A DNA stretch of 64,000 bases from Isurus oxyrinchus (taxonomy: Eukaryota): the NCBI GenBank assembly GCA_026770705.1, contig JANJGN010000052.1, forward strand, positions 2,666,001-2,730,000. The letters are read 5' to 3'. The number at the start of each line of letters is the position of its first letter. Position 1 is the first letter of the stretch. A program made the position numbers and the translations under genes. Shown one piece after another: positions 58,301 to 64,000 of the stretch. The notes under the pieces were generated by a model. That model did no database searches. It saw nothing but the letters and a program-made list of their open reading frames with translations, and was not told the DNA's origin.

Positions 58301-58439
58301 TGGCTCACTGCTGAATCGGTTCCCAATCACAGCTCAATGAGAATTATCTTTTACAAAGACTATTAACCATAAATCTGTCCAAGCTGACGATGATATTACC
58401 TTGGAGAAGTGACAGGAGGAAGTAAGATTTCCCGATCAT
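55339..58439 (-). CDS. Siglec cassette C: L(58400-58439)-V(56496-56864)-C2(55339-55635); no TM exon of its own
   Basis: Open exons with canonical splice sites; HYFFR essential Arg; near-identical to cassette B. Confidence 0.8.
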
Positions 58440-60679
58440 TGTCCACTCCCAGATATTTCCTCAGCTTCTAACTCTGAAGTTCTGAAAGAGAAAGGAGTTA
58501 ATGAGACCTCACCTCTTGTCCGACAGCTCTCGAGAGATCAGAACTGCTTTTAGACAATGTCTTCACAGACTAATTTGATTCTCTGTGGGATGATAGGTGC
58601 TCTGCAGAGATTTACAAGGCTTTAAGAAAGAAAAACATTGAAGGACTTGCATTTCTATAGCACCTTTCAACACCTCAGGATATCCCAAAGCTCATGTCCC
58701 TGCACTTCCCTCATCCCTTGAGCTTGAAAGATGTTCTGTACAACAGACTTGAGTCTCACACCCAGATCTCAATAATCAGTAGAAATCTTTCGAAAGCATC
58801 AATCATTGGAATCTGTCTTTATAAAGTCACAACATCAACATAGGACGGTGTTGGTGGTGGAAGTGAATTCCAATCGTTCCGTTACTTACCCAGGACCTGT
58901 CCGACTGCTCGCCTGGGGAGGAACTGCCCACACGCTCTGCTTGGGCTGAATGACCTCTTCCTGTGCTGCTCCTCTGTGTATTTAATTAGAAAGGGTTGAT
59001 GTGTCTCTGTGAGACAAAATGTGGAAGTGGTCACTTTGTGAGAATGCAGCTGATGTTTTGAGTTTTTGAAGCTGTTAACCCTTTGCGTTCTGGACTTGTG
59101 ATGATAATTCTGCTCAAAAGTGGAAAGTCATTGAATTTCTGCTGTGTGTCATTATGTTTCAAACCCTCTCTCTCTCTCTGAGTGAGAAGGTCGTCTGTTC
59201 GAGATTCATTTGGCAAAATTCAGACTGACAAACCAGACCGGCACTCGGTGTCAGGACTGAGAGTCCTGCACTGTCAGAGGGTCATTCCTGAGGGCGTGCT
59301 GCACTGTTGGAGGGTCAGTACTGAAGCAGTGCTGCACTGTCAGAGGCTCAGTATTGTGGGAGTGCTGCACGGCCAGAGGGTCAGTACTGAGGGAGTGCTG
59401 CACTGTCAGAGGTCAGTACTAAGGGAGTGCTGCACTGTTGGAGGGTCAGTACTGAAGCAGTGCTGCACTGTCAGAGGCTCAGTATTGCGGGAGTGCTGCA
59501 CTGCCAGAGGGTCAGTACTGAGGGAGTGCCGCACTGTTGGAGGATCAGTACTGAGGGAGTGCTGCACTGTTGGAGAATCAGTACTGAGTGCTGCACTGTC
59601 AGAGGGTCAGTACTGAGGGAGTGCTGCACTATTGGAGAATCAGTACTGAGGAAGTGCTGCACTGTCAGAGGATCAAATTATTTCTGATCCAAACCCCATA
59701 TTGTTGTATTGTTGATTCCGATGCAGCATTGTAGACTGACTTGTCCCCAAGCTCAGCACTGACCCTACCCCAGCTGACACTGTGAAACACACTAACCAGG
59801 CGCCTCTAGACTGAGCTCTGCATGTGTTGGAGGTGCCGCTGTGGTGGGTTCATGACCTTCACCATCCGCTTCACTGAGTTTCGGTTAAAACTGAACTGGA
59901 ACACATACTAAACGCTGATGGAAACCATCACTTCCTCTTCTCCAACATGAAGAGTTTCAGCAGAAGAGGTAAACTGTTGCTGAAAAGGAACTTTCTTCAT
60001 CATATCACAGAATCACACAGAATAGCAGGAGGCCATTCATGCCATCTTGGCTGTGCTAGCTCTTTAAAAGAAGCACACAATTGGTTTCAATCCACCTCTC
60101 TTCCCCCATCGTCCTTCAAATTCTTCCTATTCCAGATTGAATCCAAATTCATGAATATAAATCCCCTCAGATGGGAGTAACCATCACTGAGCAGGCAGGT
60201 TAGGTTTGATTGTACACAGCGAGTTGCTGTGATCTGGAAGGTGCTGCCTGAAAGGGCGGTGGAAGCAGATTCAATAGGATCTTTCAAAATACTTGCAGAG
60301 TGTGAGAGAATGGGAGATTGGGACCAATTGGATATCTGTCCCAGGAGACCAGGACAGGGACAATGGGCTGAGTGGCCTCTTTCTGTGCTGTTTGATTCTG
60401 TGGTTTTCTAATATTTATCTGCGCTGCAGATCAGAGACAAACAGGAAACAATAAACTTCTGACCTTTCCACACAGGCTGAATTGTCATCTCTTTATTTTC
60501 AGCCAGTTTGCTTAATTCTTGTGGTTTGGTGGTGAAACTGTGCAGCAAGTGTGAGTGTTGGGTTGTAGATCTGTCTATTCTGACTGCTGCTGTGCTCATG
60601 GTGACTTCTCAATTACATGAGAGTCTCTGAGATCCTCCACACCCAAGGATTAAGGAGAGACTTCCAACGATTCAGGACG

Positions 60680-62617
60680 CTGTACTGAAGAGGTGCTGCA
60701 CTGTCAGAGGGTCAGTACTGAGGGAGTGCTGCACTGTCAGAGGGTCAGTACTGAGGGCATGCTGCACTGTCAGAGGGTCAGTACTGAGGGAGTGCTGCAC
60801 ATTCAGAGGGTCAGTACTGAGTGAGCGCTGCATTGTCAGAGGGTCAGTACTGAGGGAGTGCTGCACTGTCAGAGGGTCAGTACTGAGGGTGTGCTGCACT
60901 GTCAGAGGGTCAGTACTGAGGGAGTGCTGCACTGTCAGAGGGTCAGTACTGAGGGAGTGCTGCACTGTCAGAGGGTCAGTACTGAGAGGGTGCTGCACTG
61001 TCAGAGGGTCAGTACTGAGGGTGTGCTGCACTGTTGGAGGGTCAGTATTGAGGTAGTGCTGCACTGTCAGAGGGTCAGTACTGAGGGAGTGCTGCACTGT
61101 CAGAGGGTCAGTACTGAGGGAGTGCTGCACTGTCATAGGGTCAGTACTGAGGGAGCGCTGCACTGTCATAGGGTCAGTACTGAGTGAGTGCTGCACTGTC
61201 AGAGGGTCAGTACTGAGTGAGTGCTGCACTGTCAGATGGTCAGTACTGAGAGAGTGCTGCACTGTCAGAGGGTCAATGCTGAGGGAGTGCTGCACTGTGG
61301 GAGAGTCAGTACTGAGGGAATGCTGCACTGTCGGAGGGTCAGTACTGAGGCAGAGCTGCACTGTCAGAGGGTCAGTACTGAGGGAGTGCTGCACTGTCAG
61401 AGGGTCAGTACTGAGGGAGTGCTGCACTGCCAGAAGTTCAGTACTGAGGGAATGCTGCATTATCGGTGGGTCAGTACTGAGGGAGTGCTGCACTGTCAGA
61501 GGGTCAATGCTGAGGGAGTGCTGCACTGTGGGAGAGTCAGTACTGAGGGAGTGCTGCACTGTCGGAGGGTCAGTACTGAGGCAGAGCTGCACTGTCAGAG
61601 GGTCAGTACTGAGGGAGTGCTGCACTGTAAGGGGGTCAGTACTGAAGCAATGCTGCACTGTCAGAGGGTCAGTACTGAAGCAATGCTGCACTGTCAGAGG
61701 GTCAGTACTGAGGGAGTGCTGCACTGTCAGAGGGTCAGTACTGAGGGAGTGCTGCACTGTAAGAGGGTCAGTACTGAAGCAATGCTGCACTGTCAGAGGG
61801 TCAGTACTGAGGGAGTGCTGCACTGTAAGAGGGTCAGTACTGAAGCAATGCTGCACTGTCAGAGGGTCAGTACTGAGGGAGTGCTGCACTGTCAGAGGGT
61901 CAGTACTGAGGGAGTGCTGCACTGTCAGAGGGTCAGTACTGAGGGAGTGCTGCACTGTCAGAGGGTCAGTACTGAGGCAATGCTGCAGTGTCAGAGGGTC
62001 AGTACTGAGGGAGTGATGCACTGTCACAGGGTCAGTACTGAGGGAGAGCTGCACTGTCATAGGGTCAGTACTGAGTGAGTGCTGCACTGTCAGATGGTCC
62101 GTACTGAGAGAGTGCTGCACTGTCAGAGGTCAATGCTGAGGGAGTGCTGCACTGTGGGAGAGTCAGTACTGAGGGAGTGCTGCACTGTCGGAGGGTCAGT
62201 ACTGAGGCAGAGCTGCACTGTCAGAGGGTCAGTACTGAGGGAGTGCTGCACTGTCAGAGAGTCAGTACTGAGTGAGTGCTGTACTAATGGTGGGTCAGTA
62301 CTGAGGGAGTGCTGCACTGCCAGAAGTTCAGTACTGAGGGAATGCTGCATTATCGGTGGGTCAGTACTGAGGGAGTGCTGCACTGTCAGAGGGTCAGTAC
62401 TGAGGTAGTGTTGCACTGTCAGAGGGTCAGTACTGAGGGAGTGCTAAACTGTCAGAGGGTCAGTACTGAGGGAGTGCTGCACTGTCAGAGGGTGAGTACT
62501 GAGGGAGTGCTGCACTGTCAGAGATTCAGTACTGAGGGAGTGCTGCACTGTCAGGGGGTCAGTACTGAGGGAGTGCTGCACTGTCAGAGGGTCAGTACTG
62601 AGGGAGTGCTGCACTGT
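60680..62617. repeat. 30-bp minisatellite (~1.9 kb) with higher-order repeats
   Basis: Tandem units; variant blocks (gtcaatgctgag...gcagagctg...cagaagttc) recur. Confidence 0.95.
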
Positions 62618-62850
62618 GAATTATTGGAATCTCTCTTTATAAAGTCACAACATCAACAAAGGACGGTGTTGGTGGTGGAAGTGAATTCCAATCGTTCCGT
62701 TACTTACCCAGGACCTGTCCAACTGCTCGCCTGGGGAGGAACTGCCCACACGCTCTGCTTGGGCTGAATGACCTCTTCCTGTGCTGCTCCCGCTGTGTAT
62801 TTAATGAGAAAGGGTGGATGTGTCACTGTGAGACAAAGTGGGAGGTGGTT
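62618..62850 (-). promoter_or_regulatory. Orphan fourth copy of the Siglec first exon/promoter
   Basis: Matches 32345-32575, 47855-48085 and 58800-59030; donor after 62708; truncated by minisatellite. Confidence 0.6.
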
Positions 62851-62929
62851 GCTGTCAAAGTATGAAAGCAAACTGTTAACCCTTGGAGTGCCAAGGCTGT
62901 GTCCGAATGTGATTAAACTTTTTCCCATG

Positions 62930-63970
62930 TAACAGGCTTGAGGGGCTGAATGGCCTGCTCTTGTTCCTGTGTAATGGGATTGAGGGGGCTGAATGGGCCC
63001 CTCATGTTCATGTGTAACAGGCTCAAGGGGTTGAACGGCCTCCTCCTTTTCTTTTCTTACAAGCTCGAGGCGCTGAATGGGCCTCCTCCTGTTCCTGTGT
63101 AACAGGCTCGAGGGGCTGAATGGGCCTCCTCCTGTTCCTGTGTCATAGGCTCGATGGGCTGAATGGGCCTCCTCCTGTTCCTGTGTCACAGGCTCGATGG
63201 GCTGAATGGGCCTCCTCCTGTTCCTGTGTCACAGGCTCGATGGGCTGAATGGGCCTCCTCCTGTTCCTGTGTCACAGGCTTGAGGGGGCTGAATGGGCCT
63301 CCTCCTGTTCCTGTGTAACAGGCTCAAGGGGGCTGAATGGGCCTCCTCCTGTTCCTGCATAACAGGCTCGAGGGGGCTGAATGGGCCTCCTCCTGTTACT
63401 GTGTAACAGGCTCAAGGGGCTGAATGGGCCTCCTCCTGTTCCTGTGTAGCAGGCTCGAGGGGGCTGAGTGGGCCTCCTCCTGTTCCTGTGTAACAGGCTC
63501 GAGGGGGCTGAGTGGGCCTCCTCCTGTTGCTGTGTAACAGGCTCAAGGGGCTGAATGGGCCTCCTCCTGTTCCTGTGTAACAGGCTCAAAGGGCTGAATG
63601 GCCTCCTCCTTTCTTCTGTGTAACAGACTCGAGGCGACTGAATGGGTCTCCTCCTGTTCCTGTGTAACAGGCTCGAGGGGGCTGAATGGCCCTCCTCCTG
63701 TTACTGTGTAACAGGCTCAAGGGGCTGAATGGGCCTCCTCCTGTTCCTGTGTAACAGTCTCGAGGGGCTGAATGGGCCTCCTCCTGTTCCTGTGTAACAG
63801 GCTTGAGGGGCTGAATGGGCCTCCTCCTTTCTTCTGTGTAACAGGCTCGAGGGGCTGAATGGGCCTCCTCCTGTTCCTGTGTAACAGGCTTGAGGGGCTG
63901 AATGGGCCTCCTCCTGTTCCTGTGTAACAGGCTCGAGGGGCTGAATGGGCCTCCTCCTTTCTTCTGTGTA
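62930..63970. repeat. ~38-bp tandem repeat (CR1 3'-tail derived)
   Basis: caggctcgaggggctgaatgggcctcctcctgttcctgtgtaa units. Confidence 0.95.
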
Positions 63971-64000
63971 AATGGCCAGTCCAAAGGATCTGTTTGATGC

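Larger units (their letters stand above)
40004..62617. other. ~11-kb tandem segmental duplication (40004-~50345 vs 51374-~62617)
   Basis: Colinear near-identity; offsets 10931 (C2), 10932 (leader), ~11035 (distal block). Confidence 0.9.

Noticed and set aside
60672-62120. Long ORFs (482, 347, 285 aa etc.) with 10-aa periodicity
   Set aside because: Translations of the 30-bp minisatellite, open in several frames on both strands; not genes

Overview
Repeat-rich vertebrate genomic DNA, almost certainly from a shark or other cartilaginous fish (CR1/L2 LINEs, DeuSINE/SacSINE1-type SINEs, Penelope-type ends). Most ORFs in the supplied track are artefacts of minisatellites or decayed retroelements; the real genes are spliced. 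(1) A complete three-exon hepcidin (HAMP) gene that the ORF track misses lies on the + strand (7326-7418, 9329-9385, 11786-11902; 88 aa). It has a signal peptide, an RQKR furin site and an 8-Cys mature peptide, MGRQQLCRFCCNCCNWREPNETCGLCCRY. The mature peptide is atypical: an 8-residue central loop carrying an N-E-T sequon, and no His3/DTHFP-type N-terminus. The promoter has TATA, GGCGCC(AGAC) BMP/SMAD-like and C/EBP-like motifs. (2) HAMP sits inside a recently expanded Siglec (CD22/MAG/CD33-like) cluster. Upstream is a + strand pseudogene broken by Gypsy sequence just before the essential Arg. On the - strand are three leader exons, five V-set exons (one frameshifted), four C2 exons (one frameshifted) and two dead half Ig exons, but only two TM exons. 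Both TM exons carry an intramembrane Arg and a tyrosine-free short tail, the signature of activating receptors. The arrangement suggests a V-V-C2 receptor (or alternative V use) and L-V-C2 cassettes that share a TM exon or are secreted. An ~11 kb tandem duplication with ends in a CR1 element and a SINE-derived 30-bp minisatellite built part of the cluster.
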